A stretch of DNA of 64,000 nt from Verrucomicrobiia bacterium (GTDB taxonomy: Bacteria > Verrucomicrobiota > Verrucomicrobiia > Limisphaerales > UBA1319). Made by a program: the position numbers and the translations under genes. The notes under the pieces were generated by a model. That model worked only from the letters and a program-made list of their open reading frames with translations. It had not been told where the DNA came from and did no database searches. Positions 1 to 10,450 of this stretch are shown in pieces (position 1 is the first letter of the stretch; every line of letters starts with the position of its first letter). The stretch spans positions 1,536,001-1,600,000 of the forward strand of contig OY760937.1 of the NCBI GenBank assembly GCA_963664225.1. The letters are read 5' to 3'.

Positions 1-151
1 CCCGGTCGGCAGCGTCCTCCAAGGGCGGATCGTTCTGTTTTTCGCCTGGCGCGCGAAAGCCTGCCAGGATGGTCCCCTTTGACGGGACGCCGTTGTTTGC
101 GGTATCAGGGCTTTCAGGCATCGTGCCAGCAAGCCATCCATTTGTTTTCAT
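1..151 (-). CDS. 5' part of a gene running off the left edge, product unknown
   Basis: ATG at 151 opens a frame (MKTNGWLAGTMPESPD...) with no stop before the window edge. It lies downstream of the operator at 252-277. An alternative open frame also exists. Confidence 0.3.
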   Translation of the reverse strand, partial: MKTNGWLAGTMPESPDTANNGVPSKGTILAGFRAPGEKQNDPPLEDAADR

Positions 152-251
152 GATATTTAGTATTTAAGTTGCGCATGAAAACCTCCAGTGGACTGGTTAG
201 TTCACGATTCTGTTTCTTTGTTAAGCGAGCGTTCAGTGGTCTGTTATGTCT

Positions 252-277
252 ATATACTACTTGTTTGGTCGTTATTA
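252..277. promoter_or_regulatory. Palindromic operator, sulfur-regulon box copy 1
   Basis: Minus-strand TAATAACGAC-N7-GTAGTATAT is identical in all 19 flanking positions to 3143-3168. Confidence 0.7.
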
Positions 278-443
278 TGGACAAATAAAAGAGCGTTTAT
301 AATTCAACCAGGGAGCCTTTGAATTCCAGCGATTCAAGGCTGCTGCAATGCGGATATGGCGGTCAAATTACAATTTCCGCTTGATTCGCCGCGACATCGA
401 CGCTCCGTCTTATCGTGCTGCGCCGCGTCAAAAGTGAATCGAT

Positions 444-486
444 TTGACAGCCAATTTCACACTATATACGATCTCTTTTGTCGTTC
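444..486 (+). promoter_or_regulatory. Sigma70-type promoter of the cytochrome gene, overlapped by operator copy 2
   Basis: TTGACA(444-449)-N17-TACGAT(467-472); ATACGAT-N7-GTCGTTC at 466-486. Confidence 0.6.
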
Positions 487-570
487 TTTACGCTCTTATC
501 TATAGCGTTCTTTGGAGTTGTGTCAACTCCAGGTTGAAAGTATTTTAAACATATTATCCGTTCTTACGTT

Positions 571-2919
571 ATGCATTATGTGATGTTGTTTTTGCTCCCG
601 CATTTGTGCGGCTCTCTGCTGGCCGTGCGTGGCCTGGGCCAGACACCCCCTCCCCCGGCTGTCGGCGGCTTCACCGGATCTTCCGAATGCCGATCCTGCC
701 ACCAGGATTTTTATGCCCGCTGGGCGCCCTCTTTTCATGGCTTGGCAATGCAACCGTTTACAACCCGCTGGGCGCGCGAGCATCTGACACCTCAGCCTTC
801 CCCTGTTCGCATCAAGGACCATGAATACCGCGTGGAGCTGAACACACAAGAGGGGCGCATGCTTGAAACAGACCCCCGCGGAAAACAGGATTACCCGATT
901 GTTCAAGTCCTTGGAGGCAAGAATGTCTATTATTTTATAACCACGCTGAATCGCGGTTTTTTACAGGTTCTGCCCGTGGCATATGATGTGCGCCGCAAGG
1001 AATGGTTCGATACCACGCTCAGCGCGATGCGCCATTTTACTGAGGTTTCGGAAGAGGCCTTGAACTGGAAAGAACGCCCGCTCACCTTCAATACGGGTTG
1101 CTATAAATGCCATGTCAGCCAGTTATCCAATCATTATGACCTCGACAGCGACGCCTATCACACCACCTGGAAAGAGCCCGGCATTAATTGCGAAACTTGC
1201 CATGGGCCGGGAGGGGAACATGTGCGGACTTTTCGGGCCGCCGCCTCTGAGGGCGCCAAACCGAAGGCATTAAACATCATTAGCACAAAACAGTTCACAC
1301 ATGACCAGATTAACGACCTCTGTTCCTCCTGCCATTCCAAAATGATTTTGCTGACAACCACTTTCAGCCCTGGCGATCGATTCTTCGACCATTTCGACCT
1401 GGTCGCGTGGGAAAATCCGGATTTCCATCCGGACGGGCGCGATTTGGGCGAAAATTACACAGTGACTCAATTTCGTTCCAGCGCGTGCGTGAAGGACGGG
1501 CAACTCGACTGTTTGCATTGCCACACCTCCAGCGGACGCAACCGCTTTACCGGCGCTCAAGTCAACCACGCGTGCCTTCCGTGTCATGCGGATAAGGTGA
1601 GTAACGCACCCGCTCATTCGCACCATTCCTCCGGGAGCTCGGGCAACCAGTGTGTTTCCTGCCACATGCCCACCACGGAATTCGCCCGAATGCGAAGGAC
1701 CGACCATTCGATGCGGCCACCGACTCCCGCAGCCACCCTCGCGTTCAAATCCCCGAATGCCTGCAGTTTATGTCATACAAATGAGTCCCCCCAATGGGCT
1801 GATCAACAAGTGCGTCGATGGTGGACTCGTGATTTCCAGGCCCCGGTTCTAAAACAAGCGGAGTTGGTTACCGGCGCCCGCCGTGGCGACTGGAGCCGCC
1901 TCACGAACATTCTGGAGGCCATACAAAGCCCGGGTGAAAAGGAAATTTATAAAACGTCCCTTATTCGTTTGATACGAGGCTGCGAGCGTGATGAGGTCCG
2001 CGTGGTGCTGCTGGGCTGTCTAAAAGATCCCTCGCCTTTAATCCGCGCGAGCTCGGCGGAATCCCTGGGCGCGCAAATAGTCCCGCAAACCGTTTCGGGG
2101 CTGTTGGCCGCCACGCGCGACGACTATCGCCTGGTCCGTGTTCGGGCCGCCGCAGCGTTGGCACCCGTGTCCGACGATTTGATTCCAATCACTGAACGCA
2201 GCTTCCTGCAAAGGGCTTACACAGAATTGGAGGCCGGTTTGCTGGCCCGGCCGGATGATTTCTTGTCCCATTACAACTTGGGTAATTATTATCAACAACG
2301 CGGCAATCCCAGTGCGGCCGTTAATTCCTTTCGCGCGGCCCTCCGATTGCAGACCAATTATGTACCCGCCTGGATCAATGTTTCGCTTGCCTACAACATG
2401 CTGCAGCAAAATAATCTCGCGGAAGAGGCCCTGCGCCAGGCCCTGCAACTAAGTCCCACCAATGCGGCGGCCCATTTTAACCTCGGGTTGTTGCTCGCCG
2501 AGTTGAGCCGCTTTGAAGAAGCCGAAGCCGGTTTTCGCGCCGCCATAAAGTTTGAACCCCGGTCGGCCCAGGCGGCTTACAATCTCGGGGTGCTTTTGGC
2601 TGCGAAAAGCCACGGCGAATCCATTAATTGGTGCCGCAAAGCCGCCGAATGGCAGCCGGACGAGCCAAAATATGCGTACACACTGGCATTCTACCTGCAG
2701 CAAAATGGGGATCGTTCAAGGGCCATCCAATGGCTGCAATCTTTTGTCAAAAGGCCAGCCGCGGATGCATCCATTTTTGATTTGCTCGGAAAACTCCTTG
2801 AAACATCCAATCCCGCTGAAGCCGCCCAGGTTTATCGAAACGCCGCCGCCAATGAACGGCTGTCCGCATCCGACAGGCAAATGTTTACGATCCGAGCTGG
2901 CAACTTGCTCAATAAATAA
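571..2919 (+). CDS. Exported octaheme c-type cytochrome fused to HEAT and TPR repeats
   Basis: Signal-like N-terminus; eight CxxCH motifs (CRSCH, CYKCH, CETCH, CSSCH, CLHCH, CLPCH, CVSCH, CSLCH); HEAT-like DPSPLIRASSAESL; TPR-like YNLGN/FNLGLL repeats. Confidence 0.85.
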   Translation: MHYVMLFLLPHLCGSLLAVRGLGQTPPPPAVGGFTGSSECRSCHQDFYARWAPSFHGLAMQPFTTRWAREHLTPQPSPVRIKDHEYRVELNTQEGRMLETDPRGKQDYPIVQVLGGKNVYYFITTLNRGFLQVLPVAYDVRRKEWFDTTLSAMRHFTEVSEEALNWKERPLTFNTGCYKCHVSQLSNHYDLDSDAYHTTWKEPGINCETCHGPGGEHVRTFRAAASEGAKPKALNIISTKQFTHDQINDLCSSCHSKMILLTTTFSPGDRFFDHFDLVAWENPDFHPDGRDLGENYTVTQFRSSACVKDGQLDCLHCHTSSGRNRFTGAQVNHACLPCHADKVSNAPAHSHHSSGSSGNQCVSCHMPTTEFARMRRTDHSMRPPTPAATLAFKSPNACSLCHTNESPQWADQQVRRWWTRDFQAPVLKQAELVTGARRGDWSRLTNILEAIQSPGEKEIYKTSLIRLIRGCERDEVRVVLLGCLKDPSPLIRASSAESLGAQIVPQTVSGLLAATRDDYRLVRVRAAAALAPVSDDLIPITERSFLQRAYTELEAGLLARPDDFLSHYNLGNYYQQRGNPSAAVNSFRAALRLQTNYVPAWINVSLAYNMLQQNNLAEEALRQALQLSPTNAAAHFNLGLLLAELSRFEEAEAGFRAAIKFEPRSAQAAYNLGVLLAAKSHGESINWCRKAAEWQPDEPKYAYTLAFYLQQNGDRSRAIQWLQSFVKRPAADASIFDLLGKLLETSNPAEAAQVYRNAAANERLSASDRQMFTIRAGNLLNK

Positions 2920-3020
2920 AGTCAGCCTTCTACTTCATATGGTATTTTGAGTCGTTTATGATCACTTTGTGGCAAATTTTGAATTCATCTTAAATATCTC
3001 AGGAAAAACGTTTCCTGCGC

Positions 3021-3168
3021 TTGACTCACGAATCGAACGGGGTGTTAATACGATCCTGCTTATCGTATATAAGATCGATACGATCTGAGCAGTCTTTGTG
3101 TCTATTTGGCCATGCAATGTCGCATGGCCATTTATTGGCTTTTAATAACGACTCTATTGGTAGTATAT
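3021..3168 (+). promoter_or_regulatory. Promoter of yezD-cysTWA with operator copies 3 and 4
   Basis: TTGACT at 3021; perfect ATACGAT-N7-ATCGTAT at 3048-3068; TAACGAC-N7-GTAGTAT at 3146-3166, abutting the start codon. Confidence 0.65.
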
Positions 3169-3451
3169 GTCACGCACTGAAACAATTGACCGGACCGAAT
3201 CAAGCGCAGGGATTGAATCCTGGCTGGCTGAAGTCCAGAACCGGGTCCACTCCATCCAATATGGCCTCGTTCAAATTACGCTTCACGAGGGTCGGGTGAC
3301 TCAGATTGATGCCACAGAGAAAATGAGAATTCCCTGGGAGGGTGCCCAGTCAGAGGACCGACGCCTCAACGGGAGGCCGGCAGGCGACCAGATGACTCCA
3401 TTGAACGAAATGAAGCGTCTCTCTGCTGCGCTGACGGACAAGAACATCTAA
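3167..3451 (+). CDS. YezD (DUF2292) family small protein with C-terminal extension
   Basis: [26 protein letters not shown] matches the YezD core; located upstream of sulfate transport genes. Confidence 0.75.
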   Translation: MSRTETIDRTESSAGIESWLAEVQNRVHSIQYGLVQITLHEGRVTQIDATEKMRIPWEGAQSEDRRLNGRPAGDQMTPLNEMKRLSAALTDKNI

Positions 3452-4290
3452 TGCGCATGCATCGTCTGAAACAAAACAACGTCCTGCCGGGCTTCGGATT
3501 GACGCTGGGTTATACGTTGCTCTATCTCTCGATCATCGTGCTTATCCCATTGTCGGCGGCGTTTCTCAAAACAGCCACGATCGGATGGGCCGAGTTCTGG
3601 CACACAATCTCCGCGCCGCGGGTGGTGGCCTCCTACCGCCTGACATTCACGGTCTCATTTCTGGCCGCGCTGGCGAACATGGGATTCGGTCTCCTGGTGG
3701 CCTGGGTGCTGGTGCGCTACCGGTTTCCCGGGCGCAAACTGTTGGACGCCGTGGTGGATTTGCCTTTTGCGCTACCCACCGCAGTGGCCGGCATCGCGTT
3801 GACGTCCATCTACGCCAAGGAGGGCCTTGTGGGGCGCTGGCTGGAACCGCTCGGAATCCGGGTGGCATTCACGCCACTAGGTATTTGGGTGGCACTGACG
3901 TTCATCGGACTTCCCTTTGTGGTGCGCACGGTCCAGCCAGTCCTCGAGGATTTGGACAAGGAATTGGAGGAAGCCGCCGCAAGTCTGGGAGCCACGCGCG
4001 GCCAGACCATTCGCCGCGTGATTTTCCCCATGATATGGCCCTCGCTGCTCACGGGCTTTTCGCTCGCCTTTGCCCGTGCGCTCGGCGAATACGGCTCGGT
4101 GGTGTTTATCTCGGGTAACATGCCCATGCGAACGGAAATTACGCCGCTGCTCATCATCACAAAACTCGAGCAATACGATTACACCGGGGCCACGTCCATC
4201 GCGGTGGTCATGCTGGTTGTCTCTTTCGTGTTGCTGCTCTCCATCAATGGCCTGCAGGCGTGGAGCCTGCGCAAACAATCCCTTTCCTGA
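3451..4290 (+). CDS. cysT: Sulfate ABC transporter permease CysT
   Basis: [36 protein letters not shown] and [12 protein letters not shown] motifs. Confidence 0.95.
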   Translation: MRMHRLKQNNVLPGFGLTLGYTLLYLSIIVLIPLSAAFLKTATIGWAEFWHTISAPRVVASYRLTFTVSFLAALANMGFGLLVAWVLVRYRFPGRKLLDAVVDLPFALPTAVAGIALTSIYAKEGLVGRWLEPLGIRVAFTPLGIWVALTFIGLPFVVRTVQPVLEDLDKELEEAAASLGATRGQTIRRVIFPMIWPSLLTGFSLAFARALGEYGSVVFISGNMPMRTEITPLLIITKLEQYDYTGATSIAVVMLVVSFVLLLSINGLQAWSLRKQSLS

Positions 4291-4301
4291 ACTCTTGTAT
4301 T

Positions 4302-5189
4302 ATGCCCGCAATTCAATCCGCCGCCGCACGCGAACAATCCCCGCCGCCCATTCAGGAATCGGGATGGATGCGTGTACTTCTAATATTGACCGCGATTTTC
4401 GTCATGGGCGCGTTTTTATTGCTGCCGCTCTTCGCCGTTTTCGCGCAGGCGCTGGGCAAGGGGTTGAGCGCTTATTTCAAGGCGATTACCGAACCTGCCG
4501 CGTGGGCCGCGATCCGGCTTACCTTGATCACTGCGCTCGTTGCCGTGCCCCTCAACACGGTCTTCGGAGTCGCCGCCGCCTGGGCCATCGCCAAGTTTCA
4601 ATTTTTCGGACGGAACTTTTTGATCACCCTGATCGATCTGCCCTTTTCCGTTTCGCCGGTGGTTTCGGGATTGATCTATGTGCTGGTCTTTGGACGCCAG
4701 GGCTGGATGGGATCCTGGCTGGATGACCACAACATCAAAATCATTTTCGCGCTGCCGGGCATTGTGCTGGCGACCACCTTCGTCACATTTCCGTTTGTGG
4801 CGCGCGAATTGATTCCACTCATGCAGAGCCAGGGGCGGGATGAGGAGGAGGCGGCGCTGGTGCTGGGCGCGGGCGGCTGGAAAACGTTCTGGCGCGTGAC
4901 ACTGCCCAATATCAAGTGGGGGCTCCTCTATGGAGTCATTTTGTGCAACGCCCGCGCGATGGGCGAATTCGGCGCGGTATCCGTGGTTTCCGGCCATGTG
5001 CGCGGGTTGACCAATACCATGCCGCTGCACATCGAGATTCTTTATAACGAATATCAATTTACCGCAGCCTTTGCGGTGGCGTCGCTGCTGACCCTGCTGG
5101 CGCTGGTGACTCTGGTTTTAAAAACATTCGTCGAAGCCAAGGCTCGCAAGGAGCATTCCAACACACCAGTACACGGCGCATCCGTATGA
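4302..5189 (+). CDS. cysW: Sulfate ABC transporter permease CysW
   Basis: [43 protein letters not shown]. Confidence 0.95.
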   Translation: MPAIQSAAAREQSPPPIQESGWMRVLLILTAIFVMGAFLLLPLFAVFAQALGKGLSAYFKAITEPAAWAAIRLTLITALVAVPLNTVFGVAAAWAIAKFQFFGRNFLITLIDLPFSVSPVVSGLIYVLVFGRQGWMGSWLDDHNIKIIFALPGIVLATTFVTFPFVARELIPLMQSQGRDEEEAALVLGAGGWKTFWRVTLPNIKWGLLYGVILCNARAMGEFGAVSVVSGHVRGLTNTMPLHIEILYNEYQFTAAFAVASLLTLLALVTLVLKTFVEAKARKEHSNTPVHGASV

Positions 5190-6262
5190 GCATCAAAGTC
5201 GAAAGCATTTCAAAAACATTTGGCGCCTATCAGGCGTTGAACCGGGTGAGCCTGGAGGTCCAAACTGGCGAGTTGGTGGCCTTGCTCGGGCCATCCGGTT
5301 CCGGCAAGACCACGCTGCTGCGCATCATCGCCGGGTTGGAATTCGCGGACCGGGACTCCGGCCATATCGAGATCGAAGGGCGCGAGGTGACGGCCTGGCA
5401 CGCGCGGGATCGCCAGATCGGCTTTGTGTTTCAACACTACGCGCTGTTCCGGCATCTGACGGTGTTTGAGAATATCGCCTTTGGTTTGCGGGTGCGCCCG
5501 CGTGCGCAGCGGCCCTCCGAGGAGGCGATTCAAAAGAAGGTCGCCGAGTTGCTTAAACTGGTGCAAATCGCGGAATTGGCCCAGCGGTTTCCATCCCAGC
5601 TTTCCGGCGGCCAACGTCAGCGTGTGGCTCTGGCGCGATCCCTGGCTGTGGAGCCGCGAGTGCTTTTGCTCGACGAACCCTTTGGCGCGTTGGATGCCAA
5701 GGTGCGCAAGGATTTGCGCCGGTGGCTGCGCCGCCTGCATGACGAAATTCATGTCACCAGCCTGTTCGTCACGCATGATCAGGATGAGGCGCTCGAGGTG
5801 GCGGACCGCGTGGTGGTGATGAACAAGGGACACATCGAGCAAATCGGCACTCCAGCCGAGGTCTATGATCGCCCCGCCAATCCCTTTGTGTATGACTTTC
5901 TAGGCAATGTGAATCTCTTCCGGGGCCGGGTGGAGTCCGGCCGTGTGCATATCGGCCGCGCCGAATACGCCATGCCGGAGGATGAAGCGTCCAAGGACGC
6001 GCCTGCCATTGCCTATGTGCGCCCGCACGACATTAAAATCCATCGACAGATTGCAGGACCGGATTTCATTCCTGCCGCAATCAAGTTGATCAATCCAATG
6101 GGATCCGTCGTGCGCCTTCAACTCGATGCCTTGGATGAATCGGGCGCGTTTGAAGTGGAACTAACCCGGGAGGAATGGAAGCTTCACAACTACCAGGCGG
6201 GAGAAAACGTCTTCGTGGAACTGCGCAATCTTCGTGTTTTCTCGGATGATTATGTCATTTAG
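5186..6262 (+). CDS. cysA: Sulfate ABC transporter ATP-binding protein CysA
   Basis: Walker [33 protein letters not shown]-terminus SDDYVI. Confidence 0.95.
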   Translation: MSIKVESISKTFGAYQALNRVSLEVQTGELVALLGPSGSGKTTLLRIIAGLEFADRDSGHIEIEGREVTAWHARDRQIGFVFQHYALFRHLTVFENIAFGLRVRPRAQRPSEEAIQKKVAELLKLVQIAELAQRFPSQLSGGQRQRVALARSLAVEPRVLLLDEPFGALDAKVRKDLRRWLRRLHDEIHVTSLFVTHDQDEALEVADRVVVMNKGHIEQIGTPAEVYDRPANPFVYDFLGNVNLFRGRVESGRVHIGRAEYAMPEDEASKDAPAIAYVRPHDIKIHRQIAGPDFIPAAIKLINPMGSVVRLQLDALDESGAFEVELTREEWKLHNYQAGENVFVELRNLRVFSDDYVI

Positions 6263-6636
6263 CTCGGGAATACGTTTCTTGAAGGTCAACAAGCTGTCTG
6301 CGAACAACGTATTACACGAGGCCAATTCCCTTCGCTCGCCTGCCATCTTCTGAACTGGGCAAAAACCAAGCAAAGTCAGGGATGACGTGAGGGCGCTGCG
6401 TAATTGTTTGGAATGTAATCGACGGGTTTTCTCCCGTTTAAAGATTGGCACCTCTTTCCACTACACAAGCCAATAGGCAGACCCGCCCTGCGAAAATGGC
6501 GCTATTCGACCAATCTGCCCAAAATTGGCCTTCAACCACCAGGCATGCCCAGGCAATGCAAAACATTATTCTGTTTGGCGGCAATGAGTTAGATGTGCTT
6601 TGACAATCCTGGAATGGGCCATGCTACGGACGCAGC

Positions 6637-7503
6637 ATGGTTCGAGTGATTGGCCATATTCTGGTTTTGGTTGTCTTGTTCGCTAACATGCTGTCGGCTC
6701 AGCCTCCCATCGGCCGCGACGTTCCCTTTGAATTCCGTGATGGATTGCTTTGGGTGCGCGTGCAAGCGACGAATCCCTCCCGAACCTTGCATTTTCTTCT
6801 GGATACTGGAGCCACAGTGAGCGCGGTGGATGAAGGTGTGGCAAGAGAGCTCGGGTTAAGGCTTGGGGAACGAGTAATGGTGCAAGGAGTTAAATCCGAA
6901 ATCGACGGTTATTGGCCAACAAGGTTGGTCGGCAATTGTGGCGATTATCAATTGCCGGATAAAATCCTGGCGGTCGACCTCAAGACATTGGGTTCAACCT
7001 GTTGCCAACCGGTTGACGGCCTGTTGGGGGCTGATTTTATACAGGGTAAAGTCGTCCAAATCGATTTCAAGGCCAACCGTTTGCGTGTTGTAGAGGGTCC
7101 CGTTCCGTTGAATCCTAACATTGAAACGATACCGTTACAAAACCAGGGATGCAAACTGCTGGTGCCCATGCACATTAATCACGGAAAGACTCAATGGTTT
7201 CGTCTGGATACGGGATGTGCGTCAGACCTGCATTGGGTTGTTGGAAAGGTTATTTCAACGGCTCGGAATGTAAAGGTCTCGGTAGGGCTGGCGCCAGTAT
7301 CCATTCCTTGGGACACCACTTTTGTTCGCTTGGGGCAAATGGAATTTGAAAATGTACCCGCAGGCCTGCATCAGGGACGCATCTTCAAAGGGGAGGATGG
7401 ATTGCTCGGAATGGGCCTGCTGAGGCGATTCGACCGGGTGACCATCGATTTTCCTGGCAAAAAACTGGTCCTGGAAAAATGCCCATCCATTCCTGAACGC
7501 TGA
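6637..7503 (+). CDS. Exported two-domain retropepsin-like aspartyl protease
   Basis: Signal peptide; two catalytic motifs, FLLDTGA and FRLDTGC, each followed by DGLLG. Confidence 0.8.
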   Translation: MVRVIGHILVLVVLFANMLSAQPPIGRDVPFEFRDGLLWVRVQATNPSRTLHFLLDTGATVSAVDEGVARELGLRLGERVMVQGVKSEIDGYWPTRLVGNCGDYQLPDKILAVDLKTLGSTCCQPVDGLLGADFIQGKVVQIDFKANRLRVVEGPVPLNPNIETIPLQNQGCKLLVPMHINHGKTQWFRLDTGCASDLHWVVGKVISTARNVKVSVGLAPVSIPWDTTFVRLGQMEFENVPAGLHQGRIFKGEDGLLGMGLLRRFDRVTIDFPGKKLVLEKCPSIPER

Positions 7504-7732
7504 ATGGTTCAGCCCTGTTAACCCGAGGGCCACCCTTCAAGACGCTCAGGTTGCGCCACGCTTCAGGGACTCTCTCTGTATCGAACCTCTAGAGACAGGC
7601 ACAGCGGCAAGCTTGATCCAGCACGAGGATCAAGCCGTTCGAGGTGCCACATCCACAACTCGAGTTTACAGAGCCCCTCGGGCTGCAGTCCTCGGTCGAT
7701 TTATTCCGGTGGCTGACATTGATCATTATTCC

Positions 7733-7758
7733 TGAGGGATAGGTTTCGGCGCGGCGTA
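7733..7758 (+). promoter_or_regulatory. ECF-sigma promoter copy 1
   Basis: TGAGGGAT-N13-GCGTA, with the same motif and spacing at 12362 and 19589. Confidence 0.75.
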
Positions 7759-7816
7759 TTAAGGACAACGAACAAATGGTGAATCGGTAAAAACATCCGG
7801 TTTACAGAAAGGAAAA

Positions 7817-8176
7817 ATGAACACCAATAAAACAGTCCGTGGAATCGTGGCCTTGATCGCTACTTTAACCATCGCGCAATCCGTGAGCGGGGCGGATATC
7901 CTGCTCTCTCCGAGTGCGGGGTCCCGCCAGACCTACCAAGTCTCTGGCATCGCAAATGATCGGGATTTCGTTCATGGCACAGTACAGAACACCTTTCAAT
8001 CGCCTCGAGGGCTGGCAAACCAGACACGGATGGTACCCGGGCCATCGACCAAGGATAGGGATTATGTCCATAACCAAAGCGGTTTGCGCCCCGGTAAGGA
8101 CCCGCTTCGCGAACAGTACGTCCGTTATTTGAAATCGACCGGAAAGGACGCCTATCAACTGGCACCGGTTAAATAA
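7817..8176 (+). CDS. Small secreted hypothetical protein with an internal repeat
   Basis: Signal peptide; repeated DRDFVH/DRDYVH units; GAAAGGA upstream of the start. Confidence 0.65.
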   Translation: MNTNKTVRGIVALIATLTIAQSVSGADILLSPSAGSRQTYQVSGIANDRDFVHGTVQNTFQSPRGLANQTRMVPGPSTKDRDYVHNQSGLRPGKDPLREQYVRYLKSTGKDAYQLAPVK

Positions 8177-8249
8177 CAACACCGAAACAAACGGAGAGGT
8201 AAAAAACACTCTGCGCTGGTTTCCGATGTTCGGCACAATTGAAAAGAAT

Positions 8250-8270
8250 GGAGGGCTCAGACGGCCCTCC
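8250..8270 (+). terminator. Hairpin, possible terminator or processing stem
   Basis: GGAGGGC-TCAGACG-GCCCTCC; no U-tract on the + strand. Confidence 0.3.
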
Positions 8271-8309
8271 AAAGGCAATCAACGCATATTAACAAATGTG
8301 AAACCAATC

Positions 8310-8906
8310 ATGAACAAATATCAGATTATTCTGGTCGCTACGTTTGCACTGGCGACTGTTCCTGCAGTCCTGGCTCAAAGCTGCTGCGGGAGTTCTATGG
8401 CGTCCTGCCCCATGACGGGAGCTCCGATGGGGAGCAACACCACAGCGGAGGCTCGCACCGGCGTGCTCCTGTCAGCGCCAGCCGGCGTGGCTAAAGCGGT
8501 TTTGGACGATTACATTGCGATACAGGCTGCCCTCGCAAAGGATTCCCTCAGCGGCATTTCCGAGAATGCGAACGCGTTGGCAAAGGCGGTTCAGGAGGAT
8601 CAAACAAAGTCATTTCCAGCGCAAATCTCCAAACAGGCGGAAGCCTTGTCCCAAGCCACGAATTTAGCGGCTGCCCGCGAGGCTTTCAAATGGTTGAGCC
8701 AGTCTCTCATCGGATACGTCAATACAAGGAAGATGACGACGGGAACCTATTACGAGGTGTATTGTCCCATGGCCAAGGCCAAATGGCTGCAAGCCGAAAA
8801 AACCGTCACCAATCCTTACATGGGCCAGGCAATGCTCGAGTGCGGGCAATTGGTGCAGGTAATCAATGGTGCGGACGCCAGTCACACAGGGCATGCCGGC
8901 CATTAA
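8310..8906 (+). CDS. DUF3347-domain exported metal-associated protein
   Basis: YIAIQAALAKD, AREAFKWLSQSL, YCPMAKAKWLQ...NPYMGQAMLECG; His-rich tail. Confidence 0.8.
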   Translation: MNKYQIILVATFALATVPAVLAQSCCGSSMASCPMTGAPMGSNTTAEARTGVLLSAPAGVAKAVLDDYIAIQAALAKDSLSGISENANALAKAVQEDQTKSFPAQISKQAEALSQATNLAAAREAFKWLSQSLIGYVNTRKMTTGTYYEVYCPMAKAKWLQAEKTVTNPYMGQAMLECGQLVQVINGADASHTGHAGH

Positions 8907-9142
8907 TACGAACACGATCGACGATGAACGCGAAATTCAACGGCTCCTCGCTACTGCTGGAACGCCACACCCATGCCAGCAACACCGGTCCTCCCGAGCG
9001 TGTCGCGGGAAGCCCCCCGGTGGCGCAAGCCACAGTGTCTATCTCACAAATACACCCACATGCGCCTCTTGCTGGCAACCCGGTTGCAGCAAGATTACCC
9101 GCCGGATCCTCAACTGAAGTGCTCGAATCATTATACTGAAGT

Positions 9143-10450
9143 ATGCCCACCCCATCAACGTCCCCTCATGCCGACGGAAGCATGCAAAAGCTGCGTTGCC
9201 GCCGACGTTGGCCTGTCGCAATTGCAGTGGTTGGCTCAATGCTTGCGTTCGTTTTCTGGCAGCCGATTCAGACCCGATTCCTGGAGTATTTAGTAATGCG
9301 AAACGAGGACCCAGCGCCAACGGTGCTCTCGGAAGTCGCTGATCGACTTGGGAATCCAACGGAATTTCTGCTCAAACTTTGGCGCTCGCCGAATCTCTCC
9401 AATCATCAGTTTGTCCTGGACTACTTGAGGCAGCATCCGGACTCCAACCCGGACTTGTTTCCCCCTTTGGAATTCGCCGTGCTGGCGGCAACTCATGACG
9501 TGGATCTCGAAGCCAGAGAACAAGCCTTCAGTTTGCTGGCCCGGATGAAACATCCCGAATTACCTCGCCTGGCCCGGGAACAATTGGGCGATGTCGATCC
9601 TGAGGTGCGCGCGCTGGGTCTGCAAATGCTGAGTGGTGCGGCGGTTTCGAACGATGTGCCAGCGGCCATCGCCTTGTTGGGCGATCCCGACCCGCGCGTG
9701 GTGGTTTCCGCGGCCAGCCTGTTGCGCCATGTGACCGGCCAGGACTTCGGCATCCGGCAAGCACAAGCTCCACCGCGATTCTCTGGTCCGGCAGCTCAGA
9801 CACCCTCTCCAGCCAATCTGGAAATCATCCGCCAGGGCACCGAGCGCTGGCAGCAATGGTGGACGGTCCACCACGCGGAATATCCTGCCTCATCCACACA
9901 GAACCAAAGAAAACTCACAACCCCAAGCCTTGCGATGCCCGATGTCACACTGCAGGATTTAAGCGGGCACGAGGTTCGCCTTTCAGCCTTTCAGGACAAG
10001 GCCGTTCTTCTCAGTTTTTGGGAAGCCACCAACACCCTGAGCCTGGCCGAATTATCCAGCCTGAATTCGCTTCAGACCCGGCTTCAACAACGTCTGACAA
10101 TCCTTGGCATCTGCTTTACCGCGCCCGTCCTGCAGGACTGCGGCGACCACGGGGACGAGCACGCAGGCGAACATGAATCTGGAGGCGCGCACGCTCATAA
10201 ACATGAATGCCCTGCGCCGGACCTGGTCCAGGTCCGAACCCAAATTCAGGAGGTTGTGAAAGCCAAACAAATCAATTATCCGGTGCTTCTGGATGAGAAA
10301 GAAGTGCTTAAGGGCCGCGACTTTGTTGGGCAGATGCCAACCTATGTGCTCATTGACACGCAGGGAAATATTCGCCGCCGGTTTATCGGAAGCAGAACGG
10401 AAACCGTTTTCGCGGCCATGATCAATGAATTGTCAGCAAACGGCGAGTGA
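9143..10450 (+). CDS. Membrane-anchored HEAT-repeat protein with a C-terminal TlpA/redoxin-like domain lacking CxxC
   Basis: TM segment; HEAT repeats; PDVTLQDLSGHEVRLS...VLLSFW and MPTYVLIDTQGNI; His-rich insertion. Confidence 0.7.
   Translation: MPTPSTSPHADGSMQKLRCRRRWPVAIAVVGSMLAFVFWQPIQTRFLEYLVMRNEDPAPTVLSEVADRLGNPTEFLLKLWRSPNLSNHQFVLDYLRQHPDSNPDLFPPLEFAVLAATHDVDLEAREQAFSLLARMKHPELPRLAREQLGDVDPEVRALGLQMLSGAAVSNDVPAAIALLGDPDPRVVVSAASLLRHVTGQDFGIRQAQAPPRFSGPAAQTPSPANLEIIRQGTERWQQWWTVHHAEYPASSTQNQRKLTTPSLAMPDVTLQDLSGHEVRLSAFQDKAVLLSFWEATNTLSLAELSSLNSLQTRLQQRLTILGICFTAPVLQDCGDHGDEHAGEHESGGAHAHKHECPAPDLVQVRTQIQEVVKAKQINYPVLLDEKEVLKGRDFVGQMPTYVLIDTQGNIRRRFIGSRTETVFAAMINELSANGE

Noticed and set aside
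114..176. 20-aa minus-strand uORF after GGAGG (MRNLNTKYHENKWMACWHDA)
   Set aside because: Too short to distinguish from chance without conservation data.
7611..7635. Hairpin GCTTGATCC-N7-GGATCAAGC
   Set aside because: A single isolated stem with no U-tract or second copy; function cannot be supported.
8924..9139. Small ORF between the DUF3347 and HEAT-redoxin genes
   Set aside because: No motif, and several overlapping alternative frames.
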